Part shown: piece after piece, positions 26,033 through 35,784 of the stretch
How the letters are laid out: each line of letters starts with the position of its first letter
Numbering within the stretch: the stretch's first letter is position 1
From: Bacilli bacterium
GTDB taxonomy: Bacteria > Bacillota_I > Bacilli_A > RFN20 > CAG-826
DNA: 64,000 nucleotides
Direction: 5' to 3'
Assembly (NCBI GenBank): GCA_022653695.1
Contig: JALCSW010000002.1
Span: forward strand, 436,320 to 500,319
Program-made: the position numbers and the translations under genes
The notes under the pieces: generated by a model
The model's input: the letters and a program-made list of their open reading frames with translations, nothing else
What the model was told of the DNA's origin: nothing
The model's database searches: none

Positions 26033-27136
26033 TTATTTTACGGGTTTCATGAAGAAGCGACCATAGACGCGCGCCAGACTGACAACCTGGACGAAGGCTC
26101 GCGGATCTTCTTTTCTGACGATTTTCACGACGTCTCTCGTCTCATAACTGGAAACGACCATCGTAATGACGTAACGAGGCTGGCCCGTGAAAACCCCTTC
26201 CCCTTGGACGAGGGTGGCTCCGTGGGGGACGCAGGAGATGAGCACCTGCCCCAAATCCTTGCGATCGGTGACGATTTCGACCTTCATCTTCTTGTTGCGG
26301 ACGTTGATGGCGTCGACAAGGAACATGCCAATGAGCATGTAAAGGGCGGAATAGAAGATACGGCCGAATGTTTCGGCTGTGTATTCGGGATCCCAAGCGG
26401 CGATGAAACCGCTGCCCACGACCGGATTGCCGAGAGCCGAGGCGAAAAGCGAGAAAAGCAAGACCGTGATGCTGTTCATGATGACGGAATACTTGCCGAC
26501 CATCGTCCCTTTCCGCAAAGCGATATAGTAGGCGATGACGTCGATCCCGCCCGACGAGATATCGACTTTGAAAGCCAAAGCGCTTGAAAGGCCGGTGCAG
26601 ACGCCGGCGAAAACGGCCCGGGCGAAAAGACCGCCGTTGTCGTTGATGAAAAGCGCGAGAAAATTGATGCCGGCAACCCGATCGACAGTCAGCAATTTAA
26701 TGAAAAGCGAGACTTCCGCGACATTGATGATCGTAAAAACGGCGAACCGTTTGCCGATTCCGCGCCAGGCTAAAACGAACAAGGGGACGTTGATCGCGAA
26801 ATAAACGATCGAATAGAAAAGGTGCTCGTCGAACGAGCCGCCCATGGCCACGCTTCTCACGCCGCACAGTTCGAGGAAAACGGCGATCGCTTGGCCGACT
26901 CCCGAAACGCCCCCGGCGACGAGCTTGGCCAAAAGGACGGGGGCTCCGCTGTCGTCCTTCAGATTGGCGCCGGGATCCATGAAGGCGTTGAACCCGAAAG
27001 CGAACACCAAAGCCGAAAGGGTGGAAACGAAAAAGGTTAAGCCATAATCGATGATATTCTTCCAAATCGGATGATCGAGCATCCAATCCTTCTGCTTGAG
27101 TTTGATATCGTCAAAGACCCGCTTTTTGAGGACCAT
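26033..27136 (-). CDS. YitT-family membrane protein (DUF2179 C-terminal domain)
   Basis: ATG at 27134-27136 (MVLKKRVFDD...). Five or six TM helices plus a C-terminal domain (VEIVTDRKDLGQVLI...GATLVQGEGVFTG) typical of YitT/DUF2179. Confidence 0.8.
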   Translation of the reverse strand: MVLKKRVFDDIKLKQKDWMLDHPIWKNIIDYGLTFFVSTLSALVFAFGFNAFMDPGANLKDDSGAPVLLAKLVAGGVSGVGQAIAVFLELCGVRSVAMGGSFDEHLFYSIVYFAINVPLFVLAWRGIGKRFAVFTIINVAEVSLFIKLLTVDRVAGINFLALFINDNGGLFARAVFAGVCTGLSSALAFKVDISSGGIDVIAYYIALRKGTMVGKYSVIMNSITVLLFSLFASALGNPVVGSGFIAAWDPEYTAETFGRIFYSALYMLIGMFLVDAINVRNKKMKVEIVTDRKDLGQVLISCVPHGATLVQGEGVFTGQPRYVITMVVSSYETRDVVKIVRKEDPRAFVQVVSLARVYGRFFMKPVK

Positions 27137-27328
27137 TGCGAATAGATTATAGCAACCCCGCGAGTTAAAACAATCGGAGCCGCCAAAGACCCTGTCTTTT
27201 AGGCGAAAATCGCCATGGATTGAAAGGAAAGCAAAACTCGTGCAACCCTTTGTTGCCACCTATGGTGGGCGATGGTATTATTATCACGCTGTTCGCATGA
27301 ACTGACCGCTTTAGTCGGAGGCATCATC

Positions 27329-28225
27329 ATGGTAATCTTAAAGGCAATCGGAGCGTTCTTCGTAAAAATCTGGCGTTGGATCAAGGATACCGCTTGGGTC
27401 CAGCCCCTTCTTATCGTGGGCGCCATTTTCGCGATTATCTTCTCGATTCCTTCCATCACCACCTGGGCCAAATCCATCGGCGGGGACACCGAAGGCGCCT
27501 TTTTCAAAAAATACCAAGTCTCGCTTGAAGGCGAGCAGCGCGTCGAAACCGACGGCTCTTCCTCCTCCAGCGCCGACAAACTGATGACCTCGCTCTACAG
27601 CAACACCACCTTGGCCTATGAGGGCAACGATGGCGACGACGCCAAGTACGAGGAGATCGACACCGCCTCTTACGGCGAGAAGTTCTTCGTCCTCTTCGTC
27701 GGCAGCGACTGCTCAGGATGCAACACTTTGGAGCCGGGCTTCAAAGAACTCCTCGACAACTGGAACGACATCTATGAGCCAACCGACAAAGGCACTTTCA
27801 AGTGCTACACCATCTTCACCGATCAGGATTCGGCCAACGACGACGATTACGACGCTCCGTGGGACGTGGCCTTCCACCGCATGCTGAGCAATTACGTCCC
27901 TTTCTTCAACGACACCGAGGGCTTCCTTGAGACCACCCCTTATTACATCCACGAAAGCCCGACCGAAGAGAACTACAAATACTATGGACAGCCGTCCATC
28001 TCGGAAGGGAAGTTCGTCATCCCGACGATCCTCCTCGTCGATTACACCAAAGCGGCTCAAGAGCAAAACCGCGCCGGCGTGAGCGAGATCCTCTTCGGCG
28101 GGCTCGACAGCCTCTCGAAGAGCCAAGACAAAGCCGAGTATCTCATGAAGATGTGGAACCACACCGACACCGACACGGTCGGCGACGGCTACGACAACAC
28201 GTTCTCAACCTATTACAACCATTGA
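27329..28225 (+). CDS. Membrane-anchored thioredoxin-fold-like protein (CxxC)
   Basis: GGAGG RBS. One N-terminal TM helix, then FFVLFVGSDCSGCNTLEPGFKEL, which resembles a thioredoxin-like CxxC site. Confidence 0.5.
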   Translation: MVILKAIGAFFVKIWRWIKDTAWVQPLLIVGAIFAIIFSIPSITTWAKSIGGDTEGAFFKKYQVSLEGEQRVETDGSSSSSADKLMTSLYSNTTLAYEGNDGDDAKYEEIDTASYGEKFFVLFVGSDCSGCNTLEPGFKELLDNWNDIYEPTDKGTFKCYTIFTDQDSANDDDYDAPWDVAFHRMLSNYVPFFNDTEGFLETTPYYIHESPTEENYKYYGQPSISEGKFVIPTILLVDYTKAAQEQNRAGVSEILFGGLDSLSKSQDKAEYLMKMWNHTDTDTVGDGYDNTFSTYYNH

Positions 28226-28297
28226 TCGACAAGCCAAATGAGCCCCCGCTCCGCTGGGGCTTTTTCTTTCGCCTATTTGGTCTATTATAAAGAGGAT

Positions 28298-28864
28298 ATG
28301 GAAAAAATCGCCTTCGCCGAACTCCCCGAATTCAGGGTCGAAACCTATACGAAGGAGAATTTGGCTTATCCCGAATCCCGAAAGCTGGAACCCTTCCGCG
28401 TCTATAGCGACCATGAGACCCGCTCCTTGCTCTCCGCCGACGAGATCCCCTTCTTTTTCTTCGACCGGAAAACCCATTCCTATGGCGGGGCCGCCCTCTC
28501 GATCGAGGATGTCAAAAACGAGATCGTCCTGAAGAGATTCAAGCCCATCATGGCCCAATACGCTTTCGGCCCAGGCGACATGGTCGTTTACTTAGGCCCG
28601 TCGCTGACCTTCAGCCACATCCTCGTCGAACGGGATTTCATCGTGGATCTCCTCAACCACGGCTACCGGGCCGCCACGAAACGAACGGATGGCGTCGATT
28701 TCTTCGACGCTCGCATGATGGCGGTCGTGATGCTGAGAAAACTCGGGATCCCCTTCGACAACATTTACCTCGATAACCATGACACCTTCGAATGCGAGGA
28801 CCTGCTTTATAGCAAACTTCGGGGCGATGAGGGCAAGAATCCCTCTTATATCACCGTCGCCTGA
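28298..28864 (+). CDS. Divergent YfiH/PgeF (DUF152)-like protein
   Basis: ATG at 28298 with an AAAGAGGA RBS. The C-terminal half (VVYLGPSLTFSHILVERDF...LGIPFDNIYLDNHDTFECEDLLYSKLRGD) follows the PgeF pattern, but the protein is short and the conserved N-terminal residues are not obvious. Confidence 0.4.
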   Translation: MEKIAFAELPEFRVETYTKENLAYPESRKLEPFRVYSDHETRSLLSADEIPFFFFDRKTHSYGGAALSIEDVKNEIVLKRFKPIMAQYAFGPGDMVVYLGPSLTFSHILVERDFIVDLLNHGYRAATKRTDGVDFFDARMMAVVMLRKLGIPFDNIYLDNHDTFECEDLLYSKLRGDEGKNPSYITVA

Positions 28865-28870
28865 ACGCGA

Positions 28871-28905
28871 AAACGGCCACCGCGATGGTGGCCGTTTCTT
28901 TTCTT
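28871..28905. terminator. Bidirectional Rho-independent terminator
   Basis: AAACGGCCACC (28871-28881) pairs with GGTGGCCGTTT (28887-28897) with a 5-nt loop, followed by TCTTTTCTT. Confidence 0.75.
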
Positions 28906-28909
28906 GTCG

Positions 28910-29389
28910 TCATTTTCGCTTCTTCGCTTTGAAAAACTTCACCACGGTGGGCGGGACGAGGGATGAAATATCGATCCCGTTGGCATAAAGCTCCTTGATG
29001 GTGCTTGAGGAAATGAACGTTTCCTCTTTCCGCGACATGAAGAAAACCATGTCGATGTCCGGATCGGCGAATTCGTTGGCCGCGGCGAGCTGAAACTCAT
29101 ATTCGAAATCGGTGACGGCCCGCAACCCCCTGATAAGGTGCTTGGCTTGGTGTTTCCGGCAATAATCGACCGTGAGGCCGGAGTAATGGTCGATCAAGAC
29201 GCCTTTCATCCCAGCCGTGGCCTCCTTCATCATCGTAAGCCGCTCCTGAAGGGTGAAAACGGATTTTTTGGCGGGGTTGACCGCAAGAAGCAAAATCACT
29301 TCATCGAAGACGCCCAAAGCCCGCTTGAGGACGTCCAAGTGGCCATTGGTGATGGGATCGAAGGATCCCGGATAAACGGCGATGCGCAT
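28910..29389 (-). CDS. coaD: Phosphopantetheine adenylyltransferase
   Basis: MRIAVYPGSFDPITNGHLDVLKRA... Confidence 0.95.
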   Translation of the reverse strand: MRIAVYPGSFDPITNGHLDVLKRALGVFDEVILLLAVNPAKKSVFTLQERLTMMKEATAGMKGVLIDHYSGLTVDYCRKHQAKHLIRGLRAVTDFEYEFQLAAANEFADPDIDMVFFMSRKEETFISSSTIKELYANGIDISSLVPPTVVKFFKAKKRK

Positions 29390-29393
29390 GCTC

Positions 29394-29939
29394 TTACCTC
29401 CAGAGGATGGTTAAGTGGCTCCGACCATGATTATACGATTTGACGCGCGAAAAAGCCGCAGTCGGAAGCGAAATCCCCTTTTCGTGTTCGACGACAAGGA
29501 CGCCTTGAGGCCTCAAAAGGGCATGGTTCAAGACAAACTCGATCGAGGATCGATAGAGTTCGATCGAGGAATAGGGCGGATCGATGAAAACGATATCGAA
29601 AGAGTCTTTTTTCGAGGCGAGAACGGACAAGGCCCCGAGCGCTTCGCCATGAAGAACCACGCCCCTATCGCATCCCAATTTCGCCAAATTGCCCTTGATG
29701 GCGGCGACCGCTTCCGTGTTCTCGTCGACGAAAACGCAATGAGAGGCGCCGCGTGAGAGAAGCTCGATGCCGACCGCCCCGCTGCCAGCGAAGAGATCCA
29801 AGACCTCGGCGTCACGGGTCTTCTCGCCCAAAGCGTTCCCGATGGCAAGGCGCACGACCGCTTTGGTCGGCACCTCAAGATAAGAAGGGACCTCGATGAG
29901 GCGCCTATGATAAAGGCCGCTTCCTATGACAAGTCCCAT
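29394..29939 (-). CDS. rsmD: 16S rRNA (guanine966-N2)-methyltransferase RsmD
   Basis: LDLFAGSGAVGIELLSRGA and FIDPPY motifs. The ATG at 29937-29939 overlaps the ylbF stop codon (ATGA-type overlap). Confidence 0.85.
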   Translation of the reverse strand: MGLVIGSGLYHRRLIEVPSYLEVPTKAVVRLAIGNALGEKTRDAEVLDLFAGSGAVGIELLSRGASHCVFVDENTEAVAAIKGNLAKLGCDRGVVLHGEALGALSVLASKKDSFDIVFIDPPYSSIELYRSSIEFVLNHALLRPQGVLVVEHEKGISLPTAAFSRVKSYNHGRSHLTILWR

Positions 29940-30304
29940 CAAGTGCTCTCCCAGTCGAGGCTCCGTTTTCGGAAAGCGGAAAAAAGGGCGTCGTCGACCG
30001 CCATGTAGAGATCCCGCACGGCGACGTAAGCGGAATCGTATTCTTTAACGAGCGGGTAGGAGTCCAGCCTCTCTTTGGCCTCATAAAGGGCTTTTTGGGC
30101 CTTGATGGCCTCTACGTCGCTCGGCTTTTTATAGGCCAGAACGTCCTCATAGCTTTTTTCGAGGGCGTTCATCCGTTTCGAAAGTTCTTTGACTATGGGG
30201 TCGACGCTCACGGATTTCTCCAATTCGTCAAGGCGCTTGACCCTGGGATCGGACGAAAGAGCCTCTTTGAGGCTAACCAGCGATTCCAAGAGCTCTTTTT
30301 CCAT
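29939..30304 (-). CDS. ylbF: YlbF/YmcA-family regulatory protein
   Basis: 121-aa helical protein placed upstream of rsmD-coaD, as in Bacillus (ylbF-ylbH-ylbI neighbourhood). Confidence 0.65.
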   Translation of the reverse strand: MEKELLESLVSLKEALSSDPRVKRLDELEKSVSVDPIVKELSKRMNALEKSYEDVLAYKKPSDVEAIKAQKALYEAKERLDSYPLVKEYDSAYVAVRDLYMAVDDALFSAFRKRSLDWEST

Positions 30305-30349
30305 AGTGCTATTGTAAGTATTTTTCCCGTTTCATGCTACAATAGTCGT

Positions 30350-30904
30350 ATGCTTCGCATCGTCAAGGACAAAGTCAAATCCCTGCATCAGCCATCCGTG
30401 GAGATCGCTCTCCCCCTCGAAGCCCGTTACAAACGGATCCTCGACGCCATGCTCCAATACCTCAAGAACTCCCAGAACCCCGAGTGGCGGGAACGTCACC
30501 CGCGCGTCCGCGAGGGCGTTGGGCTCGCCGCCCCCCAAATCGGCATCAACAAATGCATGCTCGCCATCTATTACGAGGCCGGAACCGAAGAGAAACCGGA
30601 AATCGTTTCCCGCGAACTCGTTAATCCTATAATCGTCGAGGAATCGGTTCGCCTATGTTATCTGCAAGGCGGGGAAGGGTGCCTTTCGGTCGACGAGCCG
30701 CACCCCGGCAAGGTCTATCGCAAAAACAAAATCAAGGTCAAGGCCTACGAAGCGACGCTCGGAAAAGAAGTCGAGATCGAGGCCGAAGGCTTCGACGCCG
30801 TCGTCTTGCAGCACGAAATCGACCATCTCCATGGCATTTTGTTCTATGACCGCATCGACAAATTGGATCCGGATAAAACGATTGTGGATGCCATAGCCAT
30901 CTAA
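30350..30904 (+). CDS. def: Peptide deformylase
   Basis: GLAAPQIG, EGCLSV and QHEIDHLHG motifs. ATG at 30350; the track ORF starts 85 codons earlier, antisense to ylbF. Confidence 0.95.
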   Translation: MLRIVKDKVKSLHQPSVEIALPLEARYKRILDAMLQYLKNSQNPEWRERHPRVREGVGLAAPQIGINKCMLAIYYEAGTEEKPEIVSRELVNPIIVEESVRLCYLQGGEGCLSVDEPHPGKVYRKNKIKVKAYEATLGKEVEIEAEGFDAVVLQHEIDHLHGILFYDRIDKLDPDKTIVDAIAI

Positions 30905-30925
30905 TCCGCGTAAAATAAAGCCGTT

Positions 30926-32059
30926 ATGAAACATAAATTGCTCGTGAGCGCGCTTTTGGTCCCGCTTTTGGCGTCCTGCGGAAACGCCGGCGAAGTGGCC
31001 ATCAGCGACTATTTCGCACTCAATGGCCGTGACGACATCCTTTGGCACGACAATTTCCGCGTCCTTCAGTTGACGGATATCCATTGGTCCGTGAACACCG
31101 ACGCCGAAGCCCAAGCGGCTTACCTTTCCCGCGTCGTCAAGGAAGCTGATCCCGACTTCATCATGATAACCGGGGACAGTTTTATGGGGGGTACCGCCTC
31201 CCTAGGGGAAAAACTCCTCGAAACCATCGAATCCTGGGAAATCCCTTATGCGACCACGTGGGGCAACCACGACCGCGAAGGCGAATACTCGCCGTCTTGG
31301 CTCAGCCAACTTTGGAGCAAGGGGGCCCATTCCTATTACAACGAGGTGAACGACGACGTGTTCGGCCGCTCCAATTACGTGATTCCGCTCGTCGATCCCT
31401 CCACCCGAAAAGCGGTTTGGAACCTTTATTCGATCGACTCCAATTCCTATCCCGAAAGCTTTTCGGGCCTTTATTACGACTATGACGTGATCCATGACGA
31501 CCAAATCGAGTGGTTCAGGAAAGCCGCCGCCTACAGCACCGCGCAAAACGGCGCGGTGGTTCCGGGCATCGCCTATTTCCATATCCCGCTTTACCAGTGG
31601 TATTACGCCTATTGCGACGAGGTCAAAAACGATGAGGAACCGCTGATCGGCGAAATCCTTGAGTCGGGTTCGGTCACCCTTTCCGACCCCAATATCGTCA
31701 AACTTTACGAATCGGTCGGGAAAACGGCCGACGACATTAAGTTCTGGACCGGCTACAAGGACACCGGGTTCTTCGACGCCGGGGTGAAAAACGGGGTCGA
31801 GGGCTTCTTTTGCGGCCACGACCACAGCAACGACTGGGGCGACGTTTACCAAGACGACGCCGGAAAGGCCTTCATCGGCTATGGCGTCAAATCGGGCACG
31901 GAGCTTTATTACGCCCATAGCGAAAAGCGGGGCATCGACATCATCGGCGGGTGCTTGCTCACCCTCAAGGCGGATAAGAGTTACGAAATCGATCACATTT
32001 ACGCGCCCACCGACGGAAACGCGGCCATGAGGCACGAGAAAGTGAGCGTTAGTTTATGA
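30926..32059 (+). CDS. Calcineurin-like metallophosphoesterase, probable lipoprotein
   Basis: Lipobox LLASC. Motifs LTDIHW, ITGDSF, WGNHD and GHDHSND. Confidence 0.85.
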   Translation: MKHKLLVSALLVPLLASCGNAGEVAISDYFALNGRDDILWHDNFRVLQLTDIHWSVNTDAEAQAAYLSRVVKEADPDFIMITGDSFMGGTASLGEKLLETIESWEIPYATTWGNHDREGEYSPSWLSQLWSKGAHSYYNEVNDDVFGRSNYVIPLVDPSTRKAVWNLYSIDSNSYPESFSGLYYDYDVIHDDQIEWFRKAAAYSTAQNGAVVPGIAYFHIPLYQWYYAYCDEVKNDEEPLIGEILESGSVTLSDPNIVKLYESVGKTADDIKFWTGYKDTGFFDAGVKNGVEGFFCGHDHSNDWGDVYQDDAGKAFIGYGVKSGTELYYAHSEKRGIDIIGGCLLTLKADKSYEIDHIYAPTDGNAAMRHEKVSVSL

Positions 32060-33009
32060 AAATCACAGTCAAAACCCTCACGCTTCGGATCCTTGAGGCC
32101 ATTTCTTTCGTCGCCGCTGGGCTTGCTTTCTTCACTCTCGTGTCTTCCCTGGGCAACTGGATCGGCAGTTCCGTCGACGTCAAGAGCCTTATGGCCCCCT
32201 ATTGGCTGAGCGCCGTCCTTTTGATCTATTTCGTTTTCGTGTTCCACCTCGTTCTTTTCCCAGAGAGCGAGAGGAAACTCGCCCTTACGAGAAAGGTCAA
32301 CGGCGTCATTCTCGCCGCCTTCTCCTTCGTCGCGGCGCTCCTGATCGTCATTTACGTCGCGACGGGCCGCTACGGCGGCATCGTCGAAGGCCTCGTCACG
32401 CCCCTTTTCCCGCTCGACTTCCTTATTTCCGATCTGCTGCTATGCGCGATCGGCGTCTATTGGGCCATCCGCGGAAGCAAGGGCAAAGCCGACCCCGAAG
32501 TCCGTTACTACCCCTACCGCTATGGCAAAGCGCGGAAAGTCGTTTCGTCCGTTTTCCGCGGCCTGTGGACCCTTTTCGCCCTTTATTTCACCGCCGCTTT
32601 CCTTTTGTTCGTCTTCATCGCGAACTATGGCTCGCCCTCTTGGTGGAACAGCCTTTTCATGTGGATTCTTATGGGGGTGCCGGCCGGGCTCCTCGTCTAT
32701 CGCGAGTTCTTCTATCGCGACGAAGGGCATACCCTTGCGGGCGACCTCCGTCGCTCCGCCGTGTGCCTCATGGTGGCTTGCCTGGCCACGCTTCTGTTCC
32801 TCGTGGCCCTATTGGCCGACCGCAACTTCATCGTCGAGGACGCGACGGGCCTTTTCTTCCTCGATTTCACGAAATCCTGGAACGCCGCCCCCTACTTCAT
32901 GAGCCTAACGGCCCTTTTGCCGCCGCTCGTGGCCTTCCTCGATTGCCTCATAAAAGCCAAAAAGAGCAAGAAGAAATCCCCTAAAAGCGCGGAAAAAACA
33001 GTTGAGTGA
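32056..33009 (+). CDS. Hypothetical polytopic membrane protein
   Basis: Overlaps the upstream stop by 4 nt. About 8 TM helices and a Lys-rich C-terminus. Confidence 0.65.
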   Translation: MKITVKTLTLRILEAISFVAAGLAFFTLVSSLGNWIGSSVDVKSLMAPYWLSAVLLIYFVFVFHLVLFPESERKLALTRKVNGVILAAFSFVAALLIVIYVATGRYGGIVEGLVTPLFPLDFLISDLLLCAIGVYWAIRGSKGKADPEVRYYPYRYGKARKVVSSVFRGLWTLFALYFTAAFLLFVFIANYGSPSWWNSLFMWILMGVPAGLLVYREFFYRDEGHTLAGDLRRSAVCLMVACLATLLFLVALLADRNFIVEDATGLFFLDFTKSWNAAPYFMSLTALLPPLVAFLDCLIKAKKSKKKSPKSAEKTVE

Positions 33010-33163
33010 AGATGTCTTGCGCCGGCATGGGCCTTTTTGCCAAACGATTCCCCATCAAAGCGGTTACTTCCTGCTATGCGGAAAGAAAAGTGTGATATAG
33101 TATAGGCGCTTGCGATCATCTCACATAGCATAATTCCTATTCAATCTCTTTACGGAGGCCCTT

Positions 33164-34837
33164 ATGGCTAAATTCGATTCACCCGTCAACGTCTTCGCCC
33201 TCGGTGGTTTGGGCGAGGTTGGCAAAAACACTTATTGCATCGAGAACGAGCGTTCGCTCATCCTCCTCGATGCCGGCGTGCGCTTTCCGGAGTCCAACCT
33301 CCCCGGCGTCGACTACGTCATCCCCGATTACACGTATCTCAAAAACAACCGCAACAAAATCAAGGCCCTTTTCATCACCCACGGCCACGAAGACCACATC
33401 GGCGGCATCCCTTTCCTTATTCGGAGCGTCTACGTGCCCGTCATCTACGCCCCGCGCCTCGCCGCCGCGCTTATCCGTCACAAACTCGAGGACGCGCGCA
33501 TCCGCGACGCCGTGAAAATCGTCGAGATCGACTCGAATTCGCACATCAACGTCGGCGATGATTTCAAAGTCTCTTTCTTCCGCGTCACCCACTCCATCCC
33601 CGACGCTTATGGCATCTGCGTCGACACCAAGCAAGGCCGTATCATCGACAGCGGTGACTTCAAGATCGACCTCACCCCGGTCGGCCCCAATTACGAACTC
33701 TCGAAACTCGCCACCTTGGGCACCGAAGGCGTCGATCTCCTCATGAGCGACAGCACGAACGCCGAAATCGAGGGATACACCCCGAGCGAAACCAACGTCC
33801 GCAAAGGCGTCGAGGAGATTTTCGACAAAGCCCAAGGCCGCATCATCGTGAGCACCTTCTCCAGCAACATCAACCGCATCCAGCAGGTCGTTGAGGTCGC
33901 GGTCGAGCATAACCGCAAAATCTGCATTTTGGGGCGCTCGATGGAAAACGTCGTCGGCATCGCCCGCCAATACGGCTACATCAAGATCCCCGACGCCTCG
34001 ATCATCACGGACGACATGGTCCGCAAGTACAAAACGGGCGAGGTCTGCATTCTTTGCACCGGCAGTCAGGGCGAGGCCATGGCGGCCCTTTCCCGCATCG
34101 CCAACGGCGATCACAAAAACATCCACATCATCCCCGGGGACACCATCGTCTTCTCCAGCAACCCGATTCCGGGCAACGGGGCCCTCATCGACCGTTTGGT
34201 CAACAAACTCGTCAAGCAGGGCGCCGACGTGAAGCAGAACAGCATGGCTTTCTCCCTCCACTCCTCTGGCCATCCTTCGCGTCAGGAGCTGCGTCTCATG
34301 ATCAGGTTGGCCAACCCGCGCTTCTTCATGCCCTGCCATGGCGAATACCGGATGCTCAAAATCCACGCGGGGGTCGCCGAGACCCTCGGCATACCCAAAG
34401 ACCATATCTTCGTATGCGACAACGGCGACGTGTTGACCTTAAAGAATCACGCCGTAACCCGCGGCGGGAAAATCCCGGCCGATGACGTTTACATCGACGG
34501 CAATGACCTCGATGGCCTTTCGAGCGCGATCATCCACGATCGCGGGGTCCTTAAGGACGACGGCATGATCGCGGTCCTCGTCACCATTAACAGCAAGACG
34601 AACGCCTTGGTGGTGCCTCCGATCGTGTATGCCCGCGGTTTCGCGGCCGGGGAGGACACACACGTCATCCGACACGCGCAGATGCACGCCGAAGAGGCGA
34701 TTCGGGCGCTCATGAAGAGCAAAGTGACCTTCGGCGAGATCAAAACCACCATCAAGAACGCCGTCAGCAAATACATCTACCGCAAGACCGAGCGCAATCC
34801 GATGATCGTCCCGGTCATCATGAATCAGGCCAACTGA
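33164..34837 (+). CDS. rnj: Ribonuclease J
   Basis: GGLGEVGKNTYCIE, HGHEDHIGG, and beta-CASP/C-terminal domain length typical of RNase J (557 aa). Confidence 0.95.
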   Translation: MAKFDSPVNVFALGGLGEVGKNTYCIENERSLILLDAGVRFPESNLPGVDYVIPDYTYLKNNRNKIKALFITHGHEDHIGGIPFLIRSVYVPVIYAPRLAAALIRHKLEDARIRDAVKIVEIDSNSHINVGDDFKVSFFRVTHSIPDAYGICVDTKQGRIIDSGDFKIDLTPVGPNYELSKLATLGTEGVDLLMSDSTNAEIEGYTPSETNVRKGVEEIFDKAQGRIIVSTFSSNINRIQQVVEVAVEHNRKICILGRSMENVVGIARQYGYIKIPDASIITDDMVRKYKTGEVCILCTGSQGEAMAALSRIANGDHKNIHIIPGDTIVFSSNPIPGNGALIDRLVNKLVKQGADVKQNSMAFSLHSSGHPSRQELRLMIRLANPRFFMPCHGEYRMLKIHAGVAETLGIPKDHIFVCDNGDVLTLKNHAVTRGGKIPADDVYIDGNDLDGLSSAIIHDRGVLKDDGMIAVLVTINSKTNALVVPPIVYARGFAAGEDTHVIRHAQMHAEEAIRALMKSKVTFGEIKTTIKNAVSKYIYRKTERNPMIVPVIMNQAN

Positions 34838-34840
34838 GGA

Positions 34841-35407
34841 ATGCTCATTCTCGCCTCCACTTCGCCGCGCCGGCAGGAGATCATCCGCCGTTTGGGCATC
34901 CCTTTCCTCGTCGAGGATAGCGGAGCCGACGAAGCTCCCATCCAAAAATCCCTCCTCCCCAAGGATATTCCGCTTGAGGAAAGCCGACTTAAAGCCTACG
35001 CGGTCGCTTCGCGCCACCCCGATGACGAAGTGTTGGCCTGCGATACCGTGGTGATCCTCGAGGGGCGGGTCCTCGGAAAGCCGAAGAGCAGGGAAGAGGC
35101 GATCGGCATGCTCCTGATGGAGCAAGGGAAACGCCAAATCGTTCTCACGGGCTACACTTTCCTTTCGCGAAAAAAGGAAATCACCCGTTCCGTCATGAGC
35201 CAGGTCTTTTTTAACCGCCTTAGCCGCGAGGAAATCGAGGCCTACCTAGATAAATACCGGCCCTATGACAAGGCCGGCGCGTATGGGATCCAAGACGAAG
35301 CGGGTCTCATCAACCGCATCGAAGGCAGCTATTGCAACGTGATGGGCTTCCCCCTCGAAGACATCGCCTTTCGCGTTTACGGACGCGATCCGAAAAGCTT
35401 GAAATAG
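34841..35407 (+). CDS. maf: Maf-family nucleoside triphosphate pyrophosphatase
   Basis: LILASTSPRRQEIIRRLGIPF...KAGAYGIQD. Confidence 0.9.
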   Translation: MLILASTSPRRQEIIRRLGIPFLVEDSGADEAPIQKSLLPKDIPLEESRLKAYAVASRHPDDEVLACDTVVILEGRVLGKPKSREEAIGMLLMEQGKRQIVLTGYTFLSRKKEITRSVMSQVFFNRLSREEIEAYLDKYRPYDKAGAYGIQDEAGLINRIEGSYCNVMGFPLEDIAFRVYGRDPKSLK

Positions 35408-35754
35408 ACCCCCTCGGGGTCTTTTTTGACGACCATCACGAGACGGTCGCTCATTTTGAGGAAACCGCTGACCCCATAATCATGAAGTTTGTCCTTATCG
35501 AGCAAATCGTAGTCCTGAAGGCTTACGATGATGCGGGAGCCCTCAAGTTCCTTCCACAAGACGTTGCCTTCCCCGCCCAAGGCTTTGATATAAACCTTCT
35601 CGTCCCTCATCCGCTTTTCCTTAGCCAACTGATAACGGCCGAGGAAACCGTCGATGAGAAAGAAACCGACGACGAAAGCCAAAGCCACGAGAGCGGCGAT
35701 CCAATAGACGTTTTCCAAGAAAAAATCCCGTTCCAGGACAACAAATAGATTCAT
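35377..35754 (-). CDS. Membrane-anchored PTS EIIB(Glc)-like domain protein lacking the phospho-Cys
   Basis: ATG at 35752-35754. One TM helix, then YIKALGGEGNVLWKELEGSRIIVSLQDYDLLDKDKL...GVSGF, which follows the EIIB pattern (LGG.eNI...C.TRLR) but has E-G-S-R where C-A-T-R is expected. Confidence 0.5.
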   Translation of the reverse strand: MNLFVVLERDFFLENVYWIAALVALAFVVGFFLIDGFLGRYQLAKEKRMRDEKVYIKALGGEGNVLWKELEGSRIIVSLQDYDLLDKDKLHDYGVSGFLKMSDRLVMVVKKDPEGVYFKLFGSRP

Positions 35755-35784
35755 GAGGGTATAATAACACACGGAGAGATAACT

